Of a stretch of 64,000 bases of DNA, positions 1 through 13,529 are shown one piece after another. The position numbers and the translations under genes are program-made. The stretch lies in NCBI GenBank assembly GCA_013239625.1, contig MU054323.1, positions 7,119,220 through 7,183,219 on the forward strand, written 5' to 3'. Below the pieces are notes generated by a model. That model saw nothing but the letters and a program-made list of their open reading frames with translations. It ran no database searches and was not told the origin of the DNA. The DNA is from Lama guanicoe (lineage: Eukaryota). Position 1 is the first letter of the stretch, and each line of letters starts with the position of its first letter.

Positions 1-1509
1 TGGATGACCTGTCTGAGGTCACACAGCCCATAGTCCCAGTTTTGCTTAATTCCAAAGTGTGTTCTTTCTGTGCTATAGAACACAAAACTGTATTTACATT
101 GTGATACAATTCCTGTTTGGACTGACAATACTGAGGATGAATCTTTAAAAACTGTTTTCTGTGAATATTTTTTAAACTATTCAACAGTTTTATTGAATGC
201 CCATTCTACACTGGTAGCTAGATGCCAAAGAGCTCCCAGGCAAGCTTGAGTTCCACAACCACGTCTACACATAATCCTTTACTGAACGGTTTCTCTTGCC
301 TGGACTGCACCTCCTCCTCCCTGACACATCCTTAAAGGCTCTGCCTAAATTCTACCGCCCCTGAGAAGTCTTCCTTAACCAACCCAGCCTAAGGAGCATG
401 TACTTCCCTTTGAGTCGCTGTAACACATGAAACTTTCCTTGAGAAACATCACTGCACCCAGGCTGGCTTATATTTTATTTGCTGATTGTGTCTTTTCTCT
501 CCAGCTAGGCTGTAAGAGCCCCGAAAGGGGTTGTGGGAAGGCTCTGGCATGACACTGGCTCTTGTGCCCTCAGGAGCAGGTCAGCGTCCTACGTCAAGGT
601 CCTCTGCCAGGTACCACCGCCACTCAGAGGAGGTCTACTTTGCCTTTGTTATATGCCACCTTTTAAAAAACTTCTTATTTTGAAATACAGACTCGCAGGT
701 TATTGCAAAGAAATGTACAGGAAGGGCCCCTGCACCCTTCTCCCCTAGCCTCCCTCAGTATCAATACCAGGAAATCAACATTGGTACAATCCACTGACCT
801 GGTTCAGATTTCATCATCAATTATACATAACTTTTTTTTAAATCACCTATCTTAGGAGGTTTTTTTCCTACTTAAGCTTTTTCTAATTTTCTTTTGCTTC
901 ATATCCCCTGCCTGACATATTTACTCTCACTTCAAATCTCTATACACACCATTGCTCCAAAGTCAGAGGGCCTTCCCTGTCTGTTCCTGGCCCTGTTCCA
1001 TGCTCCCTGTGTGATCTTGGGCAAATTAACGAGCCTCTCTGAGCTTTGGGTTTCTCACCTGAAAAGTGACAACACCTCATGAGATTTTTTAAAAACGGTA
1101 CTTAGGTTAGGCATATAATGTAATAGGCTCTCAGGAAATATCTGTGTTTTCCTTCTTCCCTCTTGCTACCTGGGAAGCCCTCTTTCTCACAATTGAATGG
1201 AATCCTTCTCTTATAAATAATGTTCAAAATTAGTCTCCTCTGACAAGTTCCCATCCCATCTCTAGTTACCTCAGCAATCCCGTTCTGTGGACATGTAACA
1301 TTTAATTAGAATGACCCTGAGTGCATGTTCCACATTCTTGTTGTGTGTACTTTCGTTTCTATTTTTGCCTCTCAACAATGCGAGGTATTTGAGGGCTAAA
1401 ACCTCCATGCTTTAGTTTCTACACATCAACAAATTAGATAAGAGCCTAGGTTTGGTGCCAACTGCAAAACGAGGTTAATTGTATCGGCCTCATGGACTTT
1501 CCCCCTCCT

Positions 1510-1868
1510 TTTCCCCAGATTTATTGAGATATAATTGACATACAGCTCTGCACAAGTCTGAGGGGTATAGCATAATGACTTGACTTATATCTATTGCAAA
1601 TTGATTACCACAATAAGTTTAAACATCCATCTCCTTAAACAATTACAAAGAAAAACATTTTTTCCCTTGTGATGAGAACTGTTCAGATCTACTCTATCAT
1701 TAACTTTATTTTTTTAATTTTATCTTTTATTGAAGTGTAGTTGATGTACAATGCTAGTTCCAGGTGTACAGCAAAGCAGTTCAGTTATAGATATACATAT
1801 GTATTTTTCAGATTCTTTTCCATTATAGCTTATTACAAGAAATTGTAGTTCCCTGTGCTATACAGTAG
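1510..1868 (-). mobile_element. Two adjacent L1 3'-end fragments (~1510-1700 and ~1707-1868)
   Basis: tttattgagatataattgacatacag...cttgtgatgagaac and ttttattgaagtgtagttgatgtacaat...gttccctgtgctatacagtagg are typical antisense L1 3' termini. Confidence 0.7.
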
Positions 1869-2269
1869 GGGTTTCACAGACTTTCTGTAAAGAGTAAATG
1901 AATGAACGCAGGTGAAACAGCCTGGTGCCTGGCACAGACAAACTGGAAACACCGTAGCTGCTGCTGGTGGTCATGGTGACACTTGCTCAGTTGTGTTTCT
2001 ACTCAGAGATTCGTCTCTGAGCGTCCGAGAGGGGATGTATGTCTATCTGGATTTGGATTTAGATTTCTTTTTTTTTTTAATTGAAGCATAGTTGATTTAC
2101 AATGTTGTACTATTTGTGCTTCACACTACAAGTGTAAAATAAAACCAAAAGCCTTTAAGGATCATTCTTGCTCTGAAATTCCATTTTATTCTATCCTGCC
2201 CCCTCTCTCCTAAGTTAGGGAAGATTTTAATAATTATTATCATAATAATATCAATGATGACAATCGCTA

Positions 2270-2475
2270 ATGTTCTTTGAGTGCTTATTATATGCCAAGA
2301 AGTCCTAAGAACTTCACTTGTGTTAACTTATCTAGTCTTCACCACAGCCTTATGAAGTCAGTTCTGTTGTGCCCGTTTTGCAGATGAGTAGCCCGAGGCA
2401 CAGAGAGCCTTGCCTAAATTTACACAGCTTATGAGAGCTGGAACTGGGGTTGGAAGTCAGGTTGTCTGGTTTCTG
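2270..2475 (-). mobile_element. MIR SINE
   Basis: ttttgcagatgagtagcccgaggcacagagag core motif. Confidence 0.7.
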
Positions 2476-3079
2476 ATAAAAGTTGGGATACATTTTTTTC
2501 CTGCTGTTAGCGGTTCCAAGAGACAAGAAATGAGAAAACATTCTGTTCATTTTTCTCTGTTACTCAAGCCCAGGGAAGCTCACAGTTAGTAAAGAATAGA
2601 AGCCCTGACATTAAATCAATTGGGCACATTTCTCTGTTTTTAAATCCCCATCCTCAATTAAGGTGGCAATCAGATTAACCAAGATTGGCCAGAAAGCAGT
2701 GAGCGTGTTGGAAGCGAGGGGGTTCCAAAAGGTTGGGCTACAGACAGCTACTGTTGTCTGTGAATTCAGACATAGTCTGGTCCAAACTGTCTCCCCAGGG
2801 AGAATTCAGCTGCTGTTTAATTCCATTTCCAATAAAATCTGTCTAGAAACTCGGACTCTGCCTCCTTCTCCAAACACATTTGCGTCAGCACCTCCTCCTG
2901 GTCTTTCAATCTCGACTCTTCCCTGGACAACAAGAGCCAGGTCCTGGCCCCAGCAGATGCCACCTCCCTGGCACTACTGGCCCCGCAGCCACATGGCACC
3001 ATATGATTTCCTTACCACGGATAAAACTGAACCAGGCTCTCCCTGTACAATTCCTGGCTGTAATTACCAAGGGCAAATT

Positions 3080-3440
3080 GCTGCATCATTCAGAATAATG
3101 AAAAATTGGAAACAGCAATGAGAAATGATTAGATCAGGCCCTGGGCAAAAGATGGAATAGTAAATAACCATTAAAATGAGGTTCTGAAAAATATTTAGTG
3201 AGATGATAGATGCTCACAAGATAAGAAGAAGAAAATGGGTTTTAACACTATACTGTATGATCCCAAGTTTATGTGTATATTTTAAAAATATGGATAAACA
3301 GAAATAAAACTAAAACAAATACATTAAAATTTTGACAGTTAATCATGAATAGTGTGATTATAAGTGATGTTTATATTCCTTTTAATTTTTTCCTATTTTA
3401 CAAACATATACACAAGCATGTATTCCTTTTAATATCAGGA
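3080..3440 (+). mobile_element. Old L1 (L1ME-like) 3' fragment
   Basis: AT-rich with aaaattggaaacagc, tgtatgatcccaagttttatg and related L1M 3'UTR motifs. Confidence 0.5.
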
Positions 3441-5954
3441 ATAAGGAAAAAGGGAAAGAGAGCAAAGGAAACCTTTTTGGTTTTCTTAAATTTTTCCCCT
3501 TTGAAATGCTGTTGATTTATCCTTTCATGGATTCACCAGTACTTACCAGCTCTTACCAGCTCTCTCCACCCCTAGAGATCCAGCTCAGTCTTGCCTCTTC
3601 CAGGAAGCCTTCCTGGACTCATCAAACTCCAAGAGATTTCTTCAGTTTTATGGACTTCTTAGTCTCATTGTGATACATCATCAACTTTAAATGTGGATGC
3701 GTCTCAACCAGAGAGTAAGTTTTCTGATGGCAGAACCTGTATATTTTAAACTTCCTCCTGTTCCCCACTCCACCCAGCAAGTATTGTACAAAGTGCTGAG
3801 GTTCAGTTAACATCAGCTAGACACAAGACCTGGTCCTCACAGGAGGTACTTGAATCTAACGCCCCTTTCTCTCTGAACTTTGTACTGCTTCCTCCAATTC
3901 ATTTGAAAGGAGTGTCTGTGCCATTAGCTGTTGGTTAAATTTTATTGTAAATTGTTTAAAAAGAATTCAGTTTGCTTTGGTAGGGATGCGCAAGCCCAAC
4001 CCTTGCCTTTACAAAGGAATTGTAAAGCTGAGAAAATAAATATGAACTATTTTGAGCAAAAAGGCATTTTTCTTGGTGAATGGGAATACTGGCATTGATG
4101 TTTATAAAAAGGAAACCAAGGTCTAGGAGAGGAGGTGACTTCCCTGGGTCTCACGCTGATCAAAGGCATCACACGTCATGACAGCTTTCCTCAAGTCCTG
4201 CTGGGCTCAGAATACTGTACCGAAGTTAGAAGGAAATGAGACCTGAGGAATTTACAGTTTATCTGGGGGGAGAAAATACGAGTCCCTGAAATAACTTAGC
4301 CTGAGCAAGCAGTGGTAGAAGATTGTGTCAGCTCATATAGTGCAAAGGATATACAGAAGTTAGGTTGCAGAGGGGAAAGTAATGCTGAGAGTTGGGGGTG
4401 TTATTAATGAGGGTCTTCCAAGGAGGACTCAGCAGGTGCCAGGGTATGCCAGCATCCCCCCTCACCCCCCACTCAGTGTGATGACTTCAAGGCCTCCAGG
4501 ATCATGGCTCTAACTCTCAGGCTCCATCACCGTCTCTAGCTTCCTTGTCACCTGAATGTCCTCTCATCTGCAGCTGTGGGGCTGTCCATGGCTGGATGGT
4601 TACCCTACTCTGCCCCTCAGATTGCCCAGCCCTTCTCACAGTTGGACTCTGATGTGGCCTCTGGCGGCTGGACAAGGGCTGTGCCAGGAGGAAGGATATG
4701 AAGACAGAATGACCCCACTGTTTCAGGACAGCTCCTGTTGAATGCTAAGTGGAAGGGTTGACATTTAATGTAACTGTGAGCCATACAAACAGCTTGGCTG
4801 TGAAGCAAACTAAATCAAGCAAAGATTTGCCTCAAAACTACCTAGAGAATGAATTGAAGCAAGGAAACTGGCCAAGTGACATTTATAAGGACTGGATATT
4901 AGGTGTCAAGTAGGTGTTCTGGCAAGGTGGCTGTGGCAGATGAGAGCACAGGATGAACCTGAGAAATTATTGAGGATATATTTTGGGGAAAGTGATGGGA
5001 GAATTAGGAGAGCCTTATGGCAGAAAATCACATGCTGTGTGACCTTGGGCAGGGCACCTAACCTCTCGGATCCTGCTTCTTTATAAAATGAGAATAATGG
5101 TACATACCTTAGTGCATTACTATGAATATTATACAAAATATTTGTGAAGTGCCTGGCCAAGTGCTTTGCGTAGAGGAGGTGGTAAACCCTTGCATTTTTT
5201 AGATATTAAAGATCAGCATGACAGGGGATGGAGCAGTGATGAGGAAGAGGAAGGAATCTATATCTAAATGAAGTAACAATGTATCTCAGGGGGCCTGGGA
5301 GATGATGCTGAGTTTGAAATAGGGAATTGGGAGGAAGTGGGCCTAGATGTTGAAAAGCATGATGTGTTTAGTGTTTGAGAATTTTTTGCTTTTTTCAGAC
5401 CTCCAATCACCCTATGTAGTGGGCAGCTGTGATCAAGGGGACAGATCAGTCGAGGAAATAGGATCAGGCAAGCAGAGCAAAGGAGAAGCAGGGGTGCAGT
5501 GTGTAGAAGTCATGAGGACACCCTTGCTGCCAGATGAGCAGTCCAGAGTCCACGGAGGCTGCCAGCAGCCATGAGGTCTGCTATCACCTGCTGCCAGGCA
5601 GAGAGCTGGGCCAGTGCTTCTCACCCTGGCTGTGCGTCAGAATCAGAGGATCACCTCTGGCCCTTCCTCAGAGACTCAAGGGTGATTCTGATAAGCAATC
5701 AGGCCAAGTCAGGAGCCAGCAAGCGGGGCTTGGGGGGTTTGGGGCTGGTCAGCAGCAGGCCGGAGTGAGGCAGGGGCAGGGCAGAAGGAACCCTGGCCCC
5801 AGGCTACCCATTCCCCATCCCCCATGCACACACTTAGAGGGAGATTGGCCCTAGTGAGCCTGGCTTCAAGAGCCACAGGTGGTGGCAACCCCAGAAGACA
5901 GGCTGGGCAGGATTCAGGAACTCAAGCCAACGGTTCTCCAATAGAAACATTCCC

Positions 5955-6081
5955 AGGGGAAGGTATAGTTTAGTGGTAGGGCACATGCTTAGCAAGCATC
6001 AGGTCCTGGGTTTAATCCCCAGTACCTTCATTTTGAAAAATAAAATAAAATGTAACATTATTTATATATATGAAGAAAGGG
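5955..6081 (+). mobile_element. tRNA-Ala-derived SINE (camelid Vic-1-like)
   Basis: ggggaaggtatagtttagtggtagg...ggtcctgggtttaatccccagtacc + A-rich tail; flanking AACATTCCC at 5946-5954 and 6082-6090. Confidence 0.85.
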
Positions 6082-7849
6082 AACATTCCCCTGAGTCCTC
6101 CTAGGAGAATTGCAAGCATCCGGAGATCTGCTAAATGCTTTCCTCTCAATCACACACTCATTCTTCATTCAGCAGATACTTTGGCACGCAGAGCAGGAGC
6201 TCCTGACCAAGCCCTCTATGCCTTATCAGAGAGCAGACCTTTATCTGCTGCTTTGATTACCTACCCAGGAAGTGTGGAGTGGTTCTCAAGGTATTCTGCC
6301 TTCTGGCTGAGATTACAAAAAATCTCTTTAGTTATATGATCCATTTCTTTTAAAGTAGAGCAGATAAGATGGTAAATAGCTTTGGCTTTATTTTCCCTAA
6401 TAATCCTTTCTTGTGTTTCTTTCCTTTAATTAGGACATTGTCAGTTATGTGGCTTCATAGTTGTCTACCCCATCTTCTTTTGAAAGTTAGTGTGGTTGCT
6501 TAAAAACAAACAAAAAAACTATTAACTTTTTCTGTACTCCCCCCGATCCCCCCCAAAAACAAAAAAACAAGGCTATTAATTTTGCTTCCCTACCTTATTT
6601 TCCTTAAAACTGAGTGTGTAAAGAGTGAAAAACAATGAAGCAAACAAACAAACTCCAGAGCCCAACATAACAGAACAGTTTGCAGACATTTGTATACTGG
6701 TTTTCTCATGTAAATACCCTCCCCCAACCCAAATGGCTCTAAGGTTCAACTGTTAGAGATTATTTTGCTTATCTATAAACATTTAAAAGATGCATATACC
6801 CTTCAGAAGACTATTGATCAGCTACTAGCATCTTGTGAATTAAATAATCAGATCACTGAGACAGGGGATTTTGATTTTTAGGGGGGGTGCTAATAAGGGC
6901 ATGTTTCTGGAATCATGTGGGCAGCATGAAGTTCACAGTAGGGCCTTAAGAAACGGGCAGAGAAATGAGAAAAAGAAAGGGAAAAGGCTTTATAGAAAAG
7001 TAGTGGGTGGGGAAATAGGAAGAAAGTGGTAGAGGGAGTGGACAAGGCAGCCATCTTCGGGGGGGCTCTGCTCCTCCCGTCCCTTTTTGCCTGGAGCAAT
7101 CGGGTCCTCTCTCACAGCACCAGTGGTCACTGAGGGCCAGTGACCAGCTCCAGCCCTGGTCTCTCCCATGAGCCGGAGCCCGCCTCACGACTACCTGGAT
7201 GTTCCCACCTAGGTGTCCCCACTCCCCCAGCCCCAGACACCTCTGTCTCCTCCATTTCAGTCATGGGGGTTGCTGGTCTCTGGTCCTTGTTCAGGAAAGC
7301 CCACAGTCATCTTTCGTACTTTCCTCCTCTTCCTCCTCACAGAGCCCCTCAGGTCTTGCTGATTCTGCCCCTTCCTCTCCTGTCTGGATAACATCACTCA
7401 GTTCGAGTGTTTGCCCCTGACCAGGGGTGATTCATTCACACACTTCTGTCTCAAATTTCTGTGTCCATTCCCATCCTTCATGCCACCTCTGGACTGATTT
7501 TTGATGTCACCCACTGCTCACGATGTTCCCAGAGCTCCCAGTTAACTTAGGCAAAACCTGAACTCTTCAGCCTGTTGTTCAAAGCTGTCCTCAGTCTGGC
7601 CTCAGCCTGGTCTTCTGTATCTTTGCTTCAAGGGAGTTGGAAAAGGAGGAGCTGGGGAGATGTTATCATTTAATCCTCACCACAGCCCCTGGGAAGGAAC
7701 CATTCCCATCTTCATTTTTCATATGGGGGAACTTCGATTTAGGTTAAGTAACTTATTCAAGATCAAACAGTAAGAAATAGGAAGGGCTGGGATTTCAATG
7801 TAAGCCTGTCTGACCCCAGAGCCCGAATTCTTAGCTACTGTGCTCTGGT

Positions 7850-8008
7850 GTTTTGCAAACCCAAAGTGTGGTCCCTGGACCAGGGCCATGAGCATCACCT
7901 GGGGCCTGGTGGGAATGCAGAGTCTCAGGCCCTGACCCTGTTCTTCTGAACAGAATCTGCGTTTTAATAAGCTCCCCAGATGACAAGTGTACAGTTACAG
8001 TTTGAAAC
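7850..8008. mobile_element. MER5A-like hAT MITE, interrupted near its end by an LTR
   Basis: caaagtgtggtccctggaccag...catcacctggg...aatgcagagtctcaggccc...cagaatctgcgttttaataagctcccca. Confidence 0.75.
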
Positions 8009-8448
8009 TGTAAGGGAGGAAAAAGTTTTCCTTGGCCCTCTTAGTGTCCCTGGCTGGGTCTGAAAATTAAACTGCAAAGACAGAGTAACAGGAGAAAAGC
8101 ATCCAAATCTGATTAAATGTTCACGTGTGTGTGGGAGCCTTTACAAGAGGATAACCCAAAGAAGTGACCAGAGAAGGAAGCTTTTATACCTTTTAGACAA
8201 AGAAACAATATATTTGTGAAGAATTGACGAGACAAAGGTGTTTGGGCTACGGGTAGTAAATGGTGAAGAAATGACTTCTTAAAAGGAAGAATCTTCTTGT
8301 CTCCAGTAAAAGGAGAATTTATTTCCCATCTTTAGGCAGAATAGGGAGAGCTTTTTCTGCCTTTTGCTGCTACTTAATTGACTTCAGCTGGAGATAATCT
8401 TTATGTCAAAGAGGCATATTTTGGGGTGACATATTCTGTCTTTCTTCA
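8009..8448 (-). mobile_element. Solo ERV1 LTR, MER34-like
   Basis: TG...CA ends; minus strand begins tgaagaaagacagaatatgtcaccccaaaatatgcctctttgacataaagattat, as recalled for MER34-type LTRs. Confidence 0.65.
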
Positions 8449-8559
8449 AGATGCACTGCCCTGGTGGTCCTTCCTCTTCGGTATAAGCCTTCCCTAACTC
8501 GATGGCAGCACTAGCGCATGCCTTCCCTGGTATAGTAGTGAAGGACATCATGGCCTCTA

Positions 8560-8750
8560 GAGGTAGACCTGGGGGGTTCAAATCCTAGTCCGCCACTTAT
8601 TAGCTGTAAGGCTCTAGCCAGGTTAACCTTTTGGTGCCTCAGCTTCCATATCTGTAAAATGGGGATAAAAATAAAACCTATCCCATAGGGTTGTTGTAAG
8701 GATTGGACGAGTTGATGCCTATAAAGTATTTTAGCCCAGCGCCTGGCACA
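8560..8750 (+). mobile_element. MIR SINE
   Basis: ggttcaaatcctagtccgccacttattagctgt...gcctcagcttccatatctgtaaaatggggataa. Confidence 0.8.
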
Positions 8751-11106
8751 GGAGTAAAGCGTCCACTGTCCTTTTCACCTCCATGAATCCTGCCCCCATC
8801 TTCTTGTCCCTCCTCTCCTGGGAAGCCTTCTCCCAACCATCAGAACTCAAGGTGATTTCTCCCTTTAGAGTCTATGTCAAATGGCCTGGGACTTCAATTA
8901 TGGAATTGTACCTTAGGGAAAATCTTCTCATTATATTGATGAGGAAGCTGAGTCTCAAAGATCAAATGGGAGAAACAGGACTTGAACCTAGGACTTCTTA
9001 AACTCTAAAATTAGCACTGCTTCCAATGTACCAAATTTACAGTATTGTGTACCTTTCCATTCCCACATAGTAGGCAATACATATACCTTGAAAAAAGAAG
9101 ATTAAAAGTATTCATTGCAGTGGTATTTATAACAGAGAAAAGTGGGGAGATGTTGATTTGAACAAATTTAAGTCAATTCCCTTACCTTAGGAGTTTTCAG
9201 GGGCTTTAATAAGCTAATATGCCTGCAAATTTGAAATAGGAAGACTTGGTGTATCTGATTTCATAGGTTTATTTGTCCTCAGACCCTTTCGTGAGGAATG
9301 CTTGTTAGTTACACACGATGGCGCTCTCCTGGCCACCCTCCAGTGGCCAGTCCTGTGGATCCTCTCCAGTGAGCCTCTTACGTTATCTGTCGACAGCATT
9401 TGACTCTGGTCTGCTGTGTGCACTCGTGATGTGTCACATTTGCATTGAGTCAGGAAGGTTCAGGGACACTGGCTTGGAGAAGGTGGCTGGGCAGTGACTA
9501 GGAGTTGAGGTCAAGTTATCTTGGACCCACAAGCCAGGGAGGGTTGATCTTCTGAAGGAACGTTTTGAGATTCTCACTTCTTAGGCCTTTGGCCCTCCTT
9601 TGGCCTTGGTTGCCATTGCTGAGTAAGTGGTCAGTGGGGAAGCTGCAGTAAGATGTACCGGCGAGCATCGACCAGCTAGCAATTGTGCAAAGACTCAGCT
9701 CGCCTGGGCCTGGCGGATGCAGAGGGGAGGGCAGCTGGCGGCTGTCCTGGGCAGAGGGCAGGAGGGCAAGTTTAAATTCTGGGCCTTGAGGCCCAAGAGG
9801 AGCAACGTGACCCCAGGGAGCTGTCCCGTCGTGAGAAATAACCCTGGATGCCAGCCAGCTGGGGCCCTAACACCTTCTTCCAGCCAGGGGCAGGGAGGAG
9901 ATAAGGAGACGCCAGTGCCAGGCCAGCCCAGGAGACTGAACCGAGAGGCCAGTCTGCAGCCGTGGACCTGTTTGGCCATCCTCCCCGTGCCCAGAGTGGG
10001 TGGGACCGCGGGGGTCCCTAGATATCATGAATCTGATAAGCTGCCCTCAGGGCGCCTCCCAGGACACACCCGTTCCCTAACACCCGAGTGTCCCCTGGAG
10101 CCCAGATTGCAGTCCTTCCTCCTCCTGGCATTGCTGCCTCACACCCCTGCCCAGTCCCTGAGAGCAGCTTTTCCGGCCACAGTAAAGCTCTTTGTGTGAT
10201 TAAAGTAATTCCCACTAAAGTAATTCATTCTTTTCTGAATGATCCATAGGCTTGATCCTTCCAGGATCCATTTGCTTTTCAAGTAGACTGTTTGTACAAA
10301 CAGAATTAAGCATTAATTGGTAGAATGAGAAGCCAATGTTTTTTTTGAGGGGGTGGACTTTCCCAGGCTCCCAGACTCTTCCCTGCCACCTTCTCCCCTT
10401 CCCCAAGGCACACTGTCCCCCTCACCTCAACACACATATTGAGTGTGCGGCTGGGATGTGCCAGGCGGAGAGTGTCTGCATCGGGAGGAACAGTTGAGGA
10501 GGAACGGTGGTTCCAACTGAAGACTTTTTATGGTGGGACCTAGGCTTGTCCACTTTCTATTTTCCCAAAGTTTGTCTTATTATCATTGATTTCCTACACC
10601 GTCGTTTCACAGCACCAGAATACAAAGAAGGAGGTCATGTCGGTCTTCTAAACAGAAGAGGTTCAGCCTTCTAGAAATGTACCACATTATACTCGGTTTT
10701 TCATTTTGCCCCAGACTGGTGAAAACTTCATGAGGTGGGGGAGGGCTGGCACTGAGAACCATCGACTGGTGCCCATCCCCCACCAGGCCCTCCAGCTCCC
10801 AAACACCACAGTTTTCAAACACCATGGTCTCGCAGCAGTAAAGATGTATTTTCAGATGTGAATAATTAATGGCCATGTTAATTTGTCATAGTTTCACATA
10901 ACATTCTATAATGGAAATGGCCCCAGGGGAGAGGATGGTAAAGGAGATCGAGGACTGGAGTAGAAAAGAAGTGGGAGCCAGCGAGGGGGCAGGGTAGGTA
11001 GAGCGACCGCTCTTCCAAGCCGCATCTGTCTCCCAGGACACCGCGGGAGATTCTTAGGCTGCAGGAGGCACTTTTATATATAGTCTTGTCCCAGAGCGCG
11101 CACGCT

Positions 11107-11205
11107 TGTGTGTGTGTGTGTGTACATGTGTGTACCTGTGTACATGTGTGTACCTGTGTGCATACGTGTGTGCATGCATGTGTGTGCTCTATGCCCTGGC
11201 TTCCT
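11107..11205. repeat. Imperfect (TG)n/(TGTACA) microsatellite
   Basis: Alternating purine-pyrimidine tract seen directly. Confidence 0.9.
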
Positions 11206-11468
11206 GAACAAATGCTGGTCTGCTGGCACTTGTGCCTGATCCCTAAGCAAAAGACACCAAGAAGGAAAGACACATCTTGGAATGGGGGTGGAGGTGGGGG
11301 TGGGGAAGCTGTGGAAGGATGAGGCCCTGGAAGGATGAGGCCCTGGCACTCTGAGGGAGGGACCGTTCTGTTTCCAGCTTGGGTTTGGTTTCTAACAAGC
11401 GGGGGGCCTGGTCCCCTCAGCCTGACCAGGGAGGCTTGGCTCACAGGTTTTTCTCATTGCTGTTGCAG

Positions 11469-11545
11469 GTGTGTGTGGCTGCTGTGGAGCCCTGCGCCCC
11501 AGGTACAAAAGGCTGGTTGACAACATCTTCCCAGAGGATCCTGAG
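11469..11545 (+). CDS. EFR3B: EFR3B exon 2 (77 nt), (G)VCGCCGALRPRYKRLVDNIFPEDPE; Cys-rich palmitoylation motif
   Basis: ttgcag|GT acceptor, GAG|gtgggt donor, recognisable EFR3 N-terminus. Confidence 0.96.
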
Positions 11546-12239
11546 GTGGGTCACATCTCCTGCCATCATCGTGCCTCTCACCTTCTCACCCCACACAGGG
11601 CCCTGGGAGCTGCTGCAACGGAAGGCAGGCCCCCCCCAGGACCCACTCAGAGGAACCGAAACTGTGGCCACAGCCCTGGTCAATGGCCAGAAGCTGTTGG
11701 GAGCCTGAAGACTGAGAAGCTTTTTGGATCACTCTGAAGTCAGAATCTGCGGAGGGCTCTGAAAGTTTGTCTTGGCATGCTTTGGGCTGCTGCTGAACAT
11801 CCTTCTCACTCATGTCTCTCTGGGTGATAGTTCCTTGAGCAGCCAGCTCTCTTGATGGTACTCTTTCCTGGCTTTTAAGTGTGAGCACTTCCCTTCTTGG
11901 GTTTTGGCTCTGGAGCCCACGTCTGCTCCGTGCTCCCTCTGGTGTCTGCCAGGTGTCGGGTGTGCACACAGGACACCAGGCTTCTTGGCTTCCAAGGCAC
12001 CACTCCACAGTCCCGCTGCATTACGGGTTGTGTGGTTCAAAAATGTCGGGGTCTGATGTACTTGACTTGCTCTTGGGGAATCAATGACCGCTCCTTGATG
12101 GGTCGTGGAGAGTCCCATTTCCAGCATCCCCTGGACAGCTCCGTGAGAGCTGCAGAGCTGCCTTCTTCCTGCTCGTGTGTTGGTGTCATATATCCAATAC
12201 ATCTTAATTCCCAGTTGCTTTCATTGAAGCCTTGTCATC

Positions 12240-12244
<5 letters not shown>

Positions 12245-12272
<28 letters not shown>
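12245..12272. repeat. (CA)n microsatellite
   Basis: Seen directly. Confidence 0.95.
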
Positions 12273-12274
<2 letters not shown>

Positions 12275-12589
12275 CCCTCCTAGAACACACATGCATACAT
12301 ATCTACACATTCATGTAGTAAATCCCTGCAGTATGCACACACACATACGTACATTTATATCCACTATTTTTGTTTATAGATAGCACACTTTGGGCTAAGT
12401 TGTGAGTTCCTGGTGAGCAGGAACTAGGTTTTAATCATCTCTGTATCCCCGAAATCATGCCACATATGTCTGTCACATATATGATAGGCACTCTGTTGAA
12501 TGCTGGTTAAATTGAATGATCATTTCCCTTGAGACTTGAACTCTTCTAGCCATCGCATGGCCACCGAGAGCCTGGTCTGTCTTTTCCAG

Positions 12590-12717
12590 GATGGCCTGGT
12601 GAAGACTAACATGGAGAAGCTGACCTTCTACGCCCTCTCCGCCCCAGAAAAGCTCGATCGCATTGGCGCCTACCTCTCCGAGAGGCTCATCCGCGACGTG
12701 GGTCGTCATCGATATGG
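12590..12717 (+). CDS. EFR3B: EFR3B exon 3 (128 nt), DGLVKTNMEKLTFYALSAPEKLDRIGAYLSERLIRDVGRHRY(G)
   Basis: ttccag|GAT and GG|gtacgt; frame continuous. Confidence 0.96.
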
Positions 12718-13529
12718 GTACGTGGTATGGGAGGGGGAGAGAGATTTTCAGAAACTACATAATATTATATTTTTAGGGCAAAATGTGGGATCCTTTTAAG
12801 AATATAATAGATCAGATTATTGAACAGCTTGAGAAAATGGGGGCTGTCACTGATGAGTGCATTCCTGTGCTCTTGCAAAAGGTCCAACGCGACGCTTTGC
12901 TAAGATTCAGGAAGAAGAGGGTGTTGGCTTCCTAGGAGCACCTCTCTGAGCATCCCTTTATCCCCCATGTCTCCCTCCAGAAGCCCTCGCACACCATCTG
13001 GGGCCTTAAAAAGTTTGTCTAGCTCAGAATGTGCCGTTATCCTCATCAGACTCCTCCTGCCTCATTCAACTCACTGTCTTAAAACCCAAGAAGGAACCAT
13101 CTAAATTCTAGTGAGAAGACAAAGTTAGGGGTAATTTGTCCATCAAAAATACACTTAAGTGAAATAGTCATCAATCTTCTAAGAGGGAAGGACTTGCTAT
13201 GTTTAGGAGAGAGAAGGAATCTTAAAGAAAATGACTGACCAAGAGATTTAATGGTTTAAAATTTTATATATTTTGATATAAAAGAGTAACCATCATAATG
13301 TAAAAGATGAACAACCAAAAGAAATATTTTTGAAAAATAAAAAGATTCAAACTCTTATATTAGTAGCATATAGCACATAAGGGATAGTGTGGGCTACTGA
13401 GACTCGAAATGAGTTGAGTCAAGAGCCCCAAATAACCAACTTACAGAGGAGGAGCTTGAACTGACTACAAACATGGGATAATATTTAATAAACCTATAAT
13501 CCAATATGAGGATTGAAAAACTAAGATGC

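Noticed and set aside
9652..9665. ATGTACCGGCGAG as possible EFR3B exon 1 (Met-Tyr)
   Set aside because: Needs ATG TAC G then GT; there is no donor and no CpG island, so exon 1 is taken to lie upstream of the window
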